From: Tubulanus polymorphus
Taxonomy: Eukaryota; Animalia; Nemertea
Reading direction: 5' to 3'
DNA length: 64,000 nt
NCBI RefSeq assembly: GCF_964204645.1
Contig: NC_134025.1
Span: 30,732,299-30,796,298, forward strand
Shown here piece after piece: positions 1 to 12,095 of the stretch (the first letter of the stretch is position 1; each line of letters begins with the position of its first letter). The position numbers were made by a program, and so were the translations under genes. The notes beneath the pieces are model-generated. The model saw only the letters and a program-made list of their open reading frames with translations, was not told where the DNA came from and did no database searches.

Positions 1-96
1 TAAACGTTTTCCCAATCCTAAACTTGGACTTATTTTGCCACTCCACGTTTGTCAGAGAAAGTTTTGTGGGCTAGTAAATAATTCAGGACATCGTAC

Positions 97-2438
97 CTTT
101 TCCTGCAGTTTTCCTATTTCCATTTCCAGATTCCATTTTCTTTTCTCAAAATCAAGAGTTTCCTCTTCAACCATACGAAGCTGTCTCGATAATTCATTTC
201 GAGACATATTGATTCGTTTAATTTCCTCTTGTGACAAATCTTGCGTATCGTAAATCTTCTGCATTTCATCTTTTTCTTGCATTGCTCTAACTAATTCCAT
301 TTCTAAACACGATTCAAAAAGAGAGTTGATAAATTCAAACCTTCAGTGTTATATAGAAATATTATGTGGTGCAGGGGTCACGTAGAGAGCGTGGATGCCA
401 TGATCTACATATTTTGAGTGAAATAAAAGCGGTTACGTACCAATGTTTTCCTTTTTAATGCACAAATCGCTGAATTCTTTATCTTTTTCAAACTTTCTTC
501 TATTGAGCTCTTCAGTCTGGTCGGTCAGTTGTTTGAATTCGATTTGGTATTTATTTCGCGTGGCCGTCATATATTCAAGATTATCCTGAAACATATTGAA
601 AATTATTAACTTGATCAGTTCAGCGGTCATTGTTTAAGTTTCTTTCTCTCTTGAAGTAAAATCAGTTCATTTTCTCCTCATTTACAAATAACCTGAGTTC
701 TTTTTATTTTTCCGAGTTATAATACAAAATTCCCCGAGTGAATCTGCTGCAGGTGACGGGAGAAATTTCTTTACTCTTCACTAAAAATGTTTAATAGATA
801 ATTAGATATTCAACTCACCGGTTCATTCTCAAGATTTTCTAACTCCTGTTTGAGTCGGACATTTTCGATTTGTAGCGATTTAAAGTTCATCGGGTTATCA
901 TCGTGTAAACATTCTGTGAAAATAAAAACGATGAATTTTCAAGATACGCACAATAAACATTTAAATGGAAAAAATATAAACTTGAAACTGACCGAGTTTT
1001 TTCCTGTAAAGTTCATCTTCCTCGACAAATTCATCTTTTCCATCCATGAATGCCTTGTACGTATTGACGAAGTACTGATATCTAATCTACAATCATTCAA
1101 TAGATATCTATGAGGTGAATTAATATGAAGTCATTAAATTGACTGTAGAAATGATCTATGACTGATCTTGCAGTATAACCAACCCCCAGAGTTTATCTAA
1201 AAGTTGTTTTTTTACGAACCAGTTCTTCAGTTTCTGAATCGTCAAATTTATCATTTCTTGAGAACATCATTTTGTAAATATCGAATTGAAACGACGACTG
1301 AAATAAAAGTCAGAAAAATAAAATATTTTCTGTTGAACGATTGCAAATAAATGATAGAATAAAACAGAATGTATACTTACTTCAATGTAATCGACGAGCC
1401 AGGAAAGCGCGCCGAGGAGATGAGGCCAAACGTGAGGAGCTCCAACTGTAAATAACATGTTCTTTGATATAAGAAATGGATAACCGAGATCCTTTAGCAG
1501 ACGCGGTATCTGCTCTTCGTGTTTACTGTCTAGACGGAATTTAGCATCGACGATTTTCAACATGAACTGAAAAATAACAAAGAAGAAATAAATCATTAAT
1601 TGATTTCCTTCGATTTTCTATCATAGGATATTTGAACGTGTAATAAATACCTCGATGATATTGAGGAAATCTTTAGTTGTCGGAGAATGTAGGATCTTCA
1701 CGCTGAGTTTTTGCGTGTAACCTTTCTCTGAGAGAAACTAAAAATGAATCAGATTGTAACGGAGAAAACTTTAATGACTGATCTGAAACAAACAGGAATT
1801 TGCAACACTAAACATTACTGGATAAAGTTTCCACAGGTCAATCTTTAGTTTGAATACAAAATGGAATTTGTTAATTTCCACTGTTTTAACCCTTGTGTCA
1901 AATTTCACCCAAGGAACTTTGGAACTTGGTATTAAGCAGTGTAGATGCGATCACCGAGTCGTTAACAATTACCATCAATAAAGAGTAAGAGAGTTAGATT
2001 TTCTCAATTTTTCTCAGGTTGAATGCGATATATTTACCTCAATAAGTCTTCTGATATTCAGTTCTTTAAAGGAGCGATCACTGAGGTGTCTTGGATCTTT
2101 CATCGCGTCACTTTTAGATCTTCCATACATACTACTACGACTGTTAATTCAAATTTCAAATTTAACATTCTTTTTCAAACCGTTACGATTGATGGTAAAG
2201 TATTAATGAACTACCTGTTAGCTGCAGTATGACCTCCGTAGCTAAGTTTTGACTTCGAATAGGATTTCGGTTGAAGGCCTTTCAGAGGAGTGCGACCAGT
2301 TGAAGATCTCATACTGTCCATAGAACATCTATCTCTGGAGTTCGATCTGGTGCTGGTGCTGCTGCCGCAGCTACTGCTGATGCGAACCCGTGCAGCTGGA
2401 TGCTGCAGGGATAGTCTACTACTTGACGATCGCTTCAT
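97..2438 (-). CDS. NDC80: Kinetochore protein NDC80/HEC1, multi-exon, 3' end outside the window
   Basis: ATG at 2438 opens a Ser/Arg-rich tail. Later exons give KDPRHLSDRSFK, PTTKDF and LLKDLGYPFLISKNMLFTVGAPHVWPHLLGALSWLVDYI (HEC1 CH-domain signature), followed by coiled-coil exons at ~97-303 and ~440-587. GT-AG introns. Confidence 0.93.
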
Positions 2439-3317
2439 TGCGTCTGTTCCTCCTGACTATTGTCAGTCTCTATGAATTCAAATAAGGCTAACACATTAAT
2501 TAGGGATATCAAATAATTCTAGTTTGCCAGAGCGGCTGAGCGGGCTCTGTCCCCCCAAAAAAACACAATGTGGCCCTAGGCTGTGGGACTGTGTTAATTA
2601 GGCATGAGTAATGAAAGTAGGGAGTGAGGACATACAATCACATTTCATAATCATGTGTGAATCAATTTGTCTCCAACGGCAACAACACAAAAAAAGAGAC
2701 AAAAAACTTAAAAAAAGGTCACGAAACTAGAGAAGTCAGTCGATTCTCTGAGAGAAATGTCACGAAGACGTTGAAAACACGGACCGCGGAAGGAAAATCA
2801 TATAATTGACTGAGTTGATACAATTCATGACATATCATTTAAATCCCGTACCTCTAATAACTACCAGTAAGAAGAGGCCAATTTTCGGGATGATGGTTTC
2901 GTCTTTTTTGAAGCACCCGCCATTAAACGGTGGAACAATTTTGAATTGGTGGCGACATCTACCAGCGGGCTCGGTATCGTGGGTCCGGTGTGTTAGCCCG
3001 AGGTTGTTCCGCACTTGTTTGTCCGGTGCCCAAGTCCCTACTTCTATTTTTCCACAAATGGATGGAAGCCATTTGTACATAAATATACTTCAGTGAATCT
3101 GAATGAAGTTTAAACAGTTAATAAGACTTGTGATCATCAGTTTAACACCAGGTGCAGCAGGTACAGTAATCATAAAAATAATTACTCATCATTTCAATTG
3201 TTGACAACATCGAAAATATGCCACGCTCTTAAAATATTGCAATCCAAATCTTCTTACAAAAATACTGCAAATTCACCAAAAATGTCAAAAATCATTGATG
3301 GTTTTTTTTTCAGAAGA

Positions 3318-6300
3318 ATGGCAGCAGCTGCCGAAAGTGTCGATATCAAACTGTTCTGTGAATTGAAAGATCGATTTCCAGATTTACCAGAACCTCTAGT
3401 CACCTATACTGTCAAACAGGTAAAATATGTCGTGCAAATGCCTATATCTGGACCCTGGGACGACACACAGGGAGTCTGACCCAAATTCAGCCCCTCCCAG
3501 TATCCTGAGCACCGTGTATTTCATTTCTTTTCTATGTGCAACCTCGTGCCCGAAAACAACAAGTTATAAATGGAGGTTATAAATATTCATAAATTGTATT
3601 TTTTCATTTAATATTTCAGCACCACAATAACAGAAATAAATGTCTGGAAATTTTAGACCAAGAGAAAATTCGTTTATCGGCTTATTGTCATCAGAATTAC
3701 AACAACTCAAGCGGATCTGGACTCGATACGCAACAATTACCGGATAGATTGCGTAATCTATATGTACACTGTGATAGACCAGGTGATACGTTGCAGCCTC
3801 CGGAGAGACCGCAGCAGCCCCAGCCTCCAGACAACAGGTCTTTCATGTTTCATAGTCATAGTGATAGCCATCTTACAACTGTGAATAGTCCCGCTTCAGA
3901 ATATCCGACTTATAGCTATAACCAACAACCACAACCATATAACAATCATGGATATGCCTCGGCTAGGTTTAACGCGCCTCAGGCGTTTATTCCGAGTCCG
4001 CAACATCCAACCGGTTATAATCAATACCAAATAAACAGCGGTGGATATTACAACAATCCTCTAGGTGTCGCTCGGCAACAGAATTACGATCAGAACGGTG
4101 CAGCTTCGTCATTTCAGCAGCACAGTTTTAAACCCGCGCCTCCGCAGACCGATTCAAACTCTTATCATCATCGACAATTCTCACAGCAACAATGGCAAAA
4201 TAGTCTGAACCCGGTAACGACGGGAGACTCGTCGTCAGGGCGACCGGAATCTGCGTATACATCTAACGTTCCGTACGGGATGTCAGTTCATGACACGAGT
4301 AACGCAGCAGCAGCGCCACCTGCAGCATTTAATCAAACGACGTCTTATATGAGTCCGCTTTATATAAACACATCTCCGGAGTCCGGCGCGAGTAGACCGC
4401 AATATCTCTATACCCAGAATAATTATCTCGGGACTGGAAACCGTAACGATAGTCCGTTGCGTCAACAAACCGGTTCACCCGTTCAACAATCGTTGAATTT
4501 TAATCACCATCAATCGAACGCTCATCATAAAGGAGGAATTAAAACACCGGGTTCCGAACCAGGAACACCGACTAGTAGTTATGCATCGGTGCAACAAGGG
4601 CCGCATCAAATTAATAACTTCTTCCCACCGGTTAATACAGTACAGCAGCAGCAGCAGCTGCAACAGAAATTAGTAAACGTTGTGAGAGGAGATAATCAAA
4701 TGAATCTATTAACCTCGAATGATCCCGATTTAACGAAAGTGACGCAACAACCGATTCAACCATCGCCGGCGTCGAGTTTAAGCAGTTTAAATTCGGTCGA
4801 CGGTCAGAGAAATGACGGTAAAACAAGTCGGTCTAATAGCGCTGGAACTCCCGACGATATCGCTTATACTCAAGGTAAATCAATAATCATTTAAATTCAA
4901 ATAGGAACTTTACAAACGATACATTCTTAATGAGAATGTGGAACTGAAGCCGGGAAAATTCAATGGAAGATTTAAAAGTTGCTGTAACCTCGTGTAATCC
5001 TAGTAATTTCCATGTATAATTCCCAGTAATTTGGTTATTCCTAGTAATTTCATGTAATCCTGTGATGTGTAATTCCTAGGAATTAGGTTATATTGATTCC
5101 TAGTAATGGTTTGATGTTCTCTATTTTTTTGGCAGCTTTGTTGCTGCATCAACGAGCGTGTTTCGAGCGTCTACGTAAAGAGTTTGAGAGAGAAAGGGTT
5201 AAAGCGGAAGCAGAACGTTTAGAGGTCGAATATAAAGAGCGTGAATTATTACAGAGAAAACTGAAACGAAGCAATGAATTCCCAACGGTAAAACAGACCT
5301 CTCTCATCACCTCATCCCCTCTCCCCTCTCTCACCTCCCATCCCCTCTCACCCTCTCTCATCCCCTCTCCAACCTCTCACCCTCTCCCATCCCCTCTCAC
5401 CCCTCTCTCATCCCCTCTGTCTCATCCCCTCTCCAACCTCTCTCCCTCTCTCATCCCCTCTCCAACCTCTCACCCTCTCCCATCCCCTCTCACCCCTCTC
5501 TCATCCCCTCTCACCCTTTCCCATCCCCCTCCTCCCCTCTCGTTTCCCCTCTCACCCTCTCTCATCCCCTCTCACCCTTCTCTCATCCCCTCTGTCACCA
5601 TTTGACTGTATATTTACGGTCATCTTTTAACTGACTTTTTTTTATTTTCAGCCCGAAGACGTCGCTAAATTTAGAGATGAAAACCGGCGGTTACAAGTCG
5701 ATATAGAAATCATGACTAGAGAAATTGATCATTATAATAATGGGCAAGGTAATGATTTACAGACGGTAGACTCACCTTCACAGACACAGCCTTCTTCACA
5801 AACAGGGGGTAGACTCACCTTCACAGAGTCATGAGACCTTCCTTCCTACTAGAGCCTCAATGCTCACCTCCCTCAAAGGGGTACAGAGTCTCAATGCTCG
5901 CCTCCCTCAAAGGGGTACAGAGTCTCAATGCCCTCCTCCCTCAAAGGGGTACAGAGTCTCAATGCCTCCTCCCTCAAAGGGGTACAGAGTCTCAATGCCC
6001 TCCTCCCTCAAAGGGGTACAGAGTCTCAATGCCCTCCTCCCTCAAAGGGGTACAGAGTCTCAATGCCTCCTCCCTCAAAGGGGTACAGAGTCTCAATGCC
6101 CTCCTCCCTCAAAGGGGTACAGAGTCTCAATGCCTCCTCCCTCAAAGGGGTACAGAGTCTCAATGCCCTCCTCCCTCAAAGGGGTACAGAGTCTCAATGC
6201 CCTCCTCCCTCAAAGGGGTAAAGAGTCTCAATGCCCTCCTCCCTCAAAGGGGTACAGAGTCTCAATGCCCTCCTCCCTCAAAGGGGTAAAGAGTCTCAAT

Positions 6301-8035
6301 GCCCTCCTCCCTCAAAGGGGTACAGAGTCTCAATGCCTCCTCCCTCAAAGGGGTACAGAGTCTCAATGCCTCCTCCCTCAAAGGGGTACAGAGTCTCAAT
6401 GCCCGCCTCCCTCAAAGGGGTACAGAGTCTCAATGCCCTCCTCCCTCAAAGGGGTACAGAGTCTCAATGCCTCCTCCCTCAAAGGGGTACAGAGTCTCAA
6501 TGCCTCCTCCCTCAAAGGGGTACAGAGTCTCAATGCCCTCCTCCCTCAAAGGGGTACAGAGTCTCAATGCCTCCTCCCTCAAAGGGGTACAGAGTCTCAA
6601 TGCCCTCCTCCCTCAAAGGGGTACAGAGTCTCAATGCCCTCCTCCCTCAAAGGGGTACAGAGTCTCAATGCCTCCTCCCTCAAAGGGGTACAGAGTCTCA
6701 ATGCCCTCCTCCCTCAAAGGGGTACAGAGTCTCAATGCCCTCCTCCCTCAAAGGGGTACAGAGTCTCAATGCCCTCCTCCCTCAAAGGGGTACAGAGTCT
6801 CAATGCCCTCCTCCCTCAAAGGGGTAAAGAGTCTCAATGCCCTCCTCCCTCAAAGGGGTACAGAGTCTCAATGCCCTCCTCCCTCAAAGGGGTAAAGAGT
6901 CTCAATGCCCTCCTCCCTCAAAGGGGTACAGAGTCTCAATGCCTCCTCCCTCAAAGGGGTACAGAGTCTCAATGCCTCCTCCCTCAAAGGGGTACAGAGT
7001 CTCAATGCCCGCCTCCCTCAAAGGGGTACAGAGTCTCAATGCCTCCTCCCTCAAAGGGGTACAGAGTCTCAATGCCCTCCTCCCTCAAAGGGGTACAGAG
7101 AGTCTCAATCACATCGAAACTTAATATTGATATGGTTCTTCATTTTCAGCTCCACTAGGTGTACTCGATCCTATTGAACAACAGAGTTTTTACAGTAATA
7201 TGTCATCTACGGGACAATCAGGTCCTCTTAGAATTCCTTCTACAAATACATTAGAAGGTAACTCTGATTTCTAAATGATTCTTCGATCTAACAAACGTAT
7301 TTTAATGGATATTGTTGTATTATTTGATAGCTCTCGCTCATCAGAATCCTCCAGCTCCTCCACCTCCTCCTGATCCGGATCCAGAGGAAGGAGACAACTG
7401 GAACTGTTCGGCTTGCACATTCTTAAATCATCCGGCGCTCGATAAGTGTGAATGTTGTGATATGCCGAGAATGACATTAGGTAATTGTCCGATCAGCTGA
7501 TAGTTAATACTGCATGTATCTCGTATATATCTCCGCTTGGTTCTGCTGTAAGAGGTTTAACGCTTGTTTCTCTAATTCAACACCTTCCTAGACGTCCCCA
7601 CAATACCACTCTTCAATCAATTTTATAATAAAACTCGGTTAAGTTGTCATGTGTTAAGTTGTTGGTCGTGTCTTCTCGAGTCACAATTTGTATTTCTGAT
7701 TCCATTTCTAAGTATAAGTCATCCTTCACATTACTGAAGTCATCTCTATTTTTGGGTCCCAATTTGTATTTCCAATTCAATTTTACTAAGTATAAGTCAT
7801 CCTTTTGATAACCTTTTGATAACTATTCACATTACTGAAGTAATCTCTATTTTTGAGCCCCAATTTGTATTTCTAATTCAACTCTACGCGTAAGTTATTA
7901 TTTGGATCAGTCATCTTACTACTAACTATGACGACTCAACCGGGTGGTTTCCAAATAGAAATGTCAGGTGGTCCTTCCTTTGCTTTGATCTAGTATTTGA
8001 TTGGTTTTGGTTTCATAGCCTGGGTACCGGGACTG

Positions 8036-8076
<41 letters not shown>

Positions 8077-8420
8077 CTGTACGATCAGTCTATGAAACCG
8101 ACTTGTATTATCTATATGGTTATTTATGTTATTTATAGTGCCAATATCCACTATTAATTTATGATCAATCATAGTTTGATGGTGTGATTTTAAAATGAGG
8201 TAATTGTTTTAGGATTAGATCATACGAGAAAATAATTTCCTAACTTAAAATAATCATTAATCATTCCGCCAAAATGCTATAACTTTCTTAATTTCGACTT
8301 ATTGAATTTTAATCATTTAATTACTCTTAATACATCTAATTTTGACCGATAATTATAATACTTCTCCGGAGAGTTTTTACTAATTAATTTATACTATTTT
8401 GTTCTGTAGGTATTACATAA
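3318..8420 (+). CDS. TAB2: TGF-beta-activated kinase 1-binding protein TAB2/TAB3-like (CUE, low-complexity region, coiled coil, NZF zinc finger)
   Basis: Exons ~3318-3419 (CUE: [14 protein letters not shown]), 3620-4874, 5136-5287 ([13 protein letters not shown]), 5652-5748, 7150-7257, 7331-7480 ([23 protein letters not shown]) and a terminal micro-exon 8410-8420. Confidence 0.92.
5297..5600. repeat. Pyrimidine-rich (CCCTCT-type) low-complexity intronic repeat
   Basis: Degenerate ctcacccctctctcatccc units inside a TAB2 intron. Confidence 0.85.
5850..7110. repeat. 33-34 bp minisatellite, about 37 copies, in a TAB2 intron
   Basis: Unit ccctcctccctcaaaggggtacagagtctcaatg, head-to-tail with no spacers. 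It explains the overlapping repetitive ORFs at 5831-7177. Confidence 0.97.
8040..8071. repeat. (CT)n microsatellite
   Basis: About 16 CT units. Confidence 0.95.
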
Positions 8421-8564
8421 TAAAGAATTTCGCAGACTGGGATTTTAAACATGATGCCTTCAACTCCCGATTATTCTATTAGATTTTATTTTGGAGGTTT
8501 CGATTATTTTCAAGTTACCGCTCGCGATTTAAAACTATTTTCTTAATCGCTTAGATATAAATAT

Positions 8565-8860
8565 ATAGTCCGACACTGAGAATAAAAGAAGTCCGAAATG
8601 TTTTCTTGAGCTAGTGTAGTTCATCGACGTTTAGACTATATTCTAATAGTCATCTTTAGGAATGATAATGAGATAACACAATTATGACATAGATAGGTGT
8701 ATACAGCCCAGAACAAAACAAAGATATATGTATATATCTCATGATTTTGTTTTAACACTAGTGTTCCTGAAGATGACCGTTAGGATATAGTTGAAAATTA
8801 GATTAACGTTACCTCATGGAAAAATTTCTGACTCTTTTCATTGCTAGTGTCGGACTTCAT
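8565..8860. mobile_element. Degenerate Penelope-like inverted fragments with decayed hammerhead-like motifs, in the TAB2 3' UTR region
   Basis: Minus strand 8625-8663 reads cctaaagatgact...atagtctaaacgtc; plus strand 8764-8797 reads cctgaagatgac...atagttgaaa. A related copy lies at ~11460-11570. Confidence 0.4.
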
Positions 8861-10531
8861 AGTATCTTTACGACATGGACAGTGTGTTTCATCAATGGAT
8901 AGCTATACATGAAAGTGCATTATTATGATATAACATTGATTATCATCGACCGTTGTTTTTGTTAATGACAGTGAAATTATTGCTGTTATTAATGAATTTA
9001 AGAATTTTAGAGAGAAACATACGAAAAGACACATGATAATTCATGAGGTTTATAAAACTAGAAAGATGATCAAAGTTTAAAGCATGCTTCCTAATTAATA
9101 GATGTATAATTTTACTGCACCTAAAACTGTTCTGTTCTGATCTTAATTACCTCAGAAATCATGTCAAATCCAGTAATCTGCAGGGGTCAGTTGCGCAAAA
9201 GATTGAATGTTGACCACCAGTAGGTAAATGCCAGTAGTAATACTGCGATTTTAATTGTTACAACAGGTTCATTTCAACACAGTTCCGCCTAAAAGTTTAA
9301 GCCTAAAACGGTAAAGTTTGAATTGTTGTCCTCATTGAAAACATGAAGTAACCAACGGCAAATACACCAAAAATTTGAGTTTAACTTTTTTGTGAAACCG
9401 AGCCCTGAAATGTATTTTTGTTTAACTGTGAAACTATAACTATTCTTCAATTAGGCCGAATTTCATATTAAACAGTATCAGTTTTGTCAGGTGTAGCATG
9501 TTAGTAACTGTAAATGTTATTGATTTAAAAAGTGCCTTCATATTCAGTATAGACTTCTGTGTAAGCCAAGTATTTCCAGTGACTCTTGAGTCTGAAGTAG
9601 CTTATTTCCATTGATTTGACTCCATGACTTGCAGTTCAACAGTTCTCGGTTAAGATATGACTCTAAGGCTCAATCAAGCGTTGGATATTAACACATTTCA
9701 ACTCTAGATACAAAATAAACCTAGAAGAACTGTAGAACTGGTTTGAGCGCGCAGTTCCACAGTTTAAGATTTGACTTAAAGGGTTAAGATATTGTATCGA
9801 TGAACTTTGGAACGCGTTGCCGAGTAAAAACTGTCTCCTTCATTTCTGATAACATTCATGTTGGTAATATCAACGGTGCTTTATTAATTTTGAATATTTT
9901 GCTAAACTTACATCAAGCAATCAATGAATTATTGGATAAAGTATTTATTATCAGTGGTTAATGTACATGTTCTCTTGTTCCATATTCAGTATATACATGT
10001 ACAGTGTATCAGGTCTAAAATGTTCTGATATTGCGTTATCGGCATTATCGTGTTTTTGAGTGCTTATTATAGAATTTACAGTAAACCTTGCTTTACTCAG
10101 GAAAATATGGACCATTAAATAAAAATGAAACATTGATTTTGGCAGAGTCGACGTAAGGTTCACTGCGGATATTTGAATGTTAATCCGTATTTATAAAACT
10201 GTTGTACGATCTTCATTTGTAAATATAGGAATAATGAACACTCGATAGTAGTGAAATAAAATACAGTTTTATTGAATAGGAAATGAATTTATAAATTTGT
10301 ATGAATATAGAAAGAGTTCGATGTGTGCAATGAATGTTGAATCATAACCGACGTCATTTGACATGAATAAAATCTATTATAAATAGAACGGTGAAATAAT
10401 AATCATTTTATTACAAAATTTTTGTCTTTATTTCTATATTTCTGATTTGTGAGTTTCCGGTTCATGTTCTTGACTGACTGAACTATACAGGAAGTCATTG
10501 TTGATCACAGGACTCTGCTATGTTGCAATCA

Positions 10532-10640
10532 GGTCCCAGTTCCACATTTACGAATTAAGATTTGACTCGGAGTTAACTCATCGAAAATGAACTGATTTTA
10601 ATTCAAAGTTAACTCTAACTCATAACTGTGGAACTGGATC
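10532..10640. mobile_element. MITE family A (TIR ccagttccacagtt...aactgtggaactgg)
   Basis: Terminal inverted repeats plus a shared internal gagttagagttaactctgagttaa. Other copies at ~11083-11183, 40862-40960, 47690-47800, 36010-36075 and 50250-50430. Confidence 0.75.
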
Positions 10641-12095
10641 GTGATCTTTTGTCTAAAGGATGACCACGAATGCCGTGCATCACACAATCAGTCTAGAGCT
10701 TCATTCACCACCGCGACCGGGATCACATCATATGTAAGAAATCTATCCTCCATGGTCAAATCTTTGACCCTGAATATCGTGAATAAAGAGGTTATATCCT
10801 GCATTTGATCCTATTAGATATACCAGTATTGTATGTATTCGGCACACTTTCTCTAAATCCTCTCAGATGTGGCATAACTAGGGGATAATCTCTAGTTGAT
10901 CCTCATGGATGAAGCCTGCATACATAGAGGGTTGTTCATTCCCTCACTCTGCCTGAAACGATTGACTGGGAAATTTCAAGATGCAGTCTACTCCTCAGTA
11001 TATAAGAGAAGGACATTTCTTTGAAATCAATTTTTGATCAGAGTTTGTAGTCATAAAATACATCGCTGAAAAGATACACAGAGCCCCAGTTCCACAGTTG
11101 TGAGTTAGAGTTAACTCTGAGTTAAAGTTAGTTCATTTTCAATGTTTTCACCCAGAGTCAAATCTCAGAACTGTGGAACTGGACTCAGAAGATCCAACAA
11201 CAGAGAACTAAGAGAAGAACCATTTTTGAATAAAAAGACATAATATTAGAAATATAGTACATGAATGTGAATAATTTACAATTTGACACGCTACAGCACT
11301 GGGGGTTGAATATACATGTAGGAGACTCTGATTCATTCATCTGAATAACCAGCATATAACAATACGATCTCAAAATGAATGAAGCACCAATTGAAATATA
11401 TCAGATACATATCTATTTATAATACGAAATCCCACAATAAGAATTAAAGAGTACAAAATGTTTTCTCGAGCTGGTAGTAGTTTATTAGACGCTTCGATTA
11501 TACCCTACACATCCAGTCCAATCTTCAGGGATACTAATATAGTCGAAACTACTAGCACAAGGAAACTTATCAAACTCTTTTCTTACTGGTAATTTCCATG
11601 TTTAAAACAGGACAGATTCTCATTGATGGTCATATCTATTTACCGGTATATATCCAGCAACTCTGTAGTTTTCAATTGTATAAATATCAGACAAAAGATT
11701 CTACCTCAAATGAAGCCACAATTGTGACAATGATAATATGAACATTTCAACTGACAATTTTAAATCATGGAGAAGATTTAAGCGTTAGAAAAACAGTTCT
11801 TGTTTCTATTTCAATATGAAAGAACGACAATTTTACGGAGTGATGAAATTCATAGGATTTTATCAAAACGTTCATTCAGACAGAACAAATCTAACGACAA
11901 CAAAAGCAGTGAATTACAATCACATGTTATACATGCAATTAACACAACATTATTAATAATAATCACCACAAAAACGGTTTAAAAGCTCAAACACATTTAT
12001 CGTAATACAAACACTGCGAAGGTATTGTTCAAGCAGATGAAAGTCTTTATGGGCTGAAACTGTAGAGCCGAACAATGATTAGATCAAAACTCGTG

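Noticed and set aside
5288-5605. Pro/Ser/Leu-rich extension of ORF 5093-5605
   Set aside because: Read-through past the GT donor at 5288 into a pyrimidine-rich intron.
5831-7177. CRISPR-like 34-bp repeat and long repetitive ORFs
   Set aside because: No unique spacers, no cas genes, and it lies in a eukaryotic intron. The ORFs arise from a stop-poor repeat unit.
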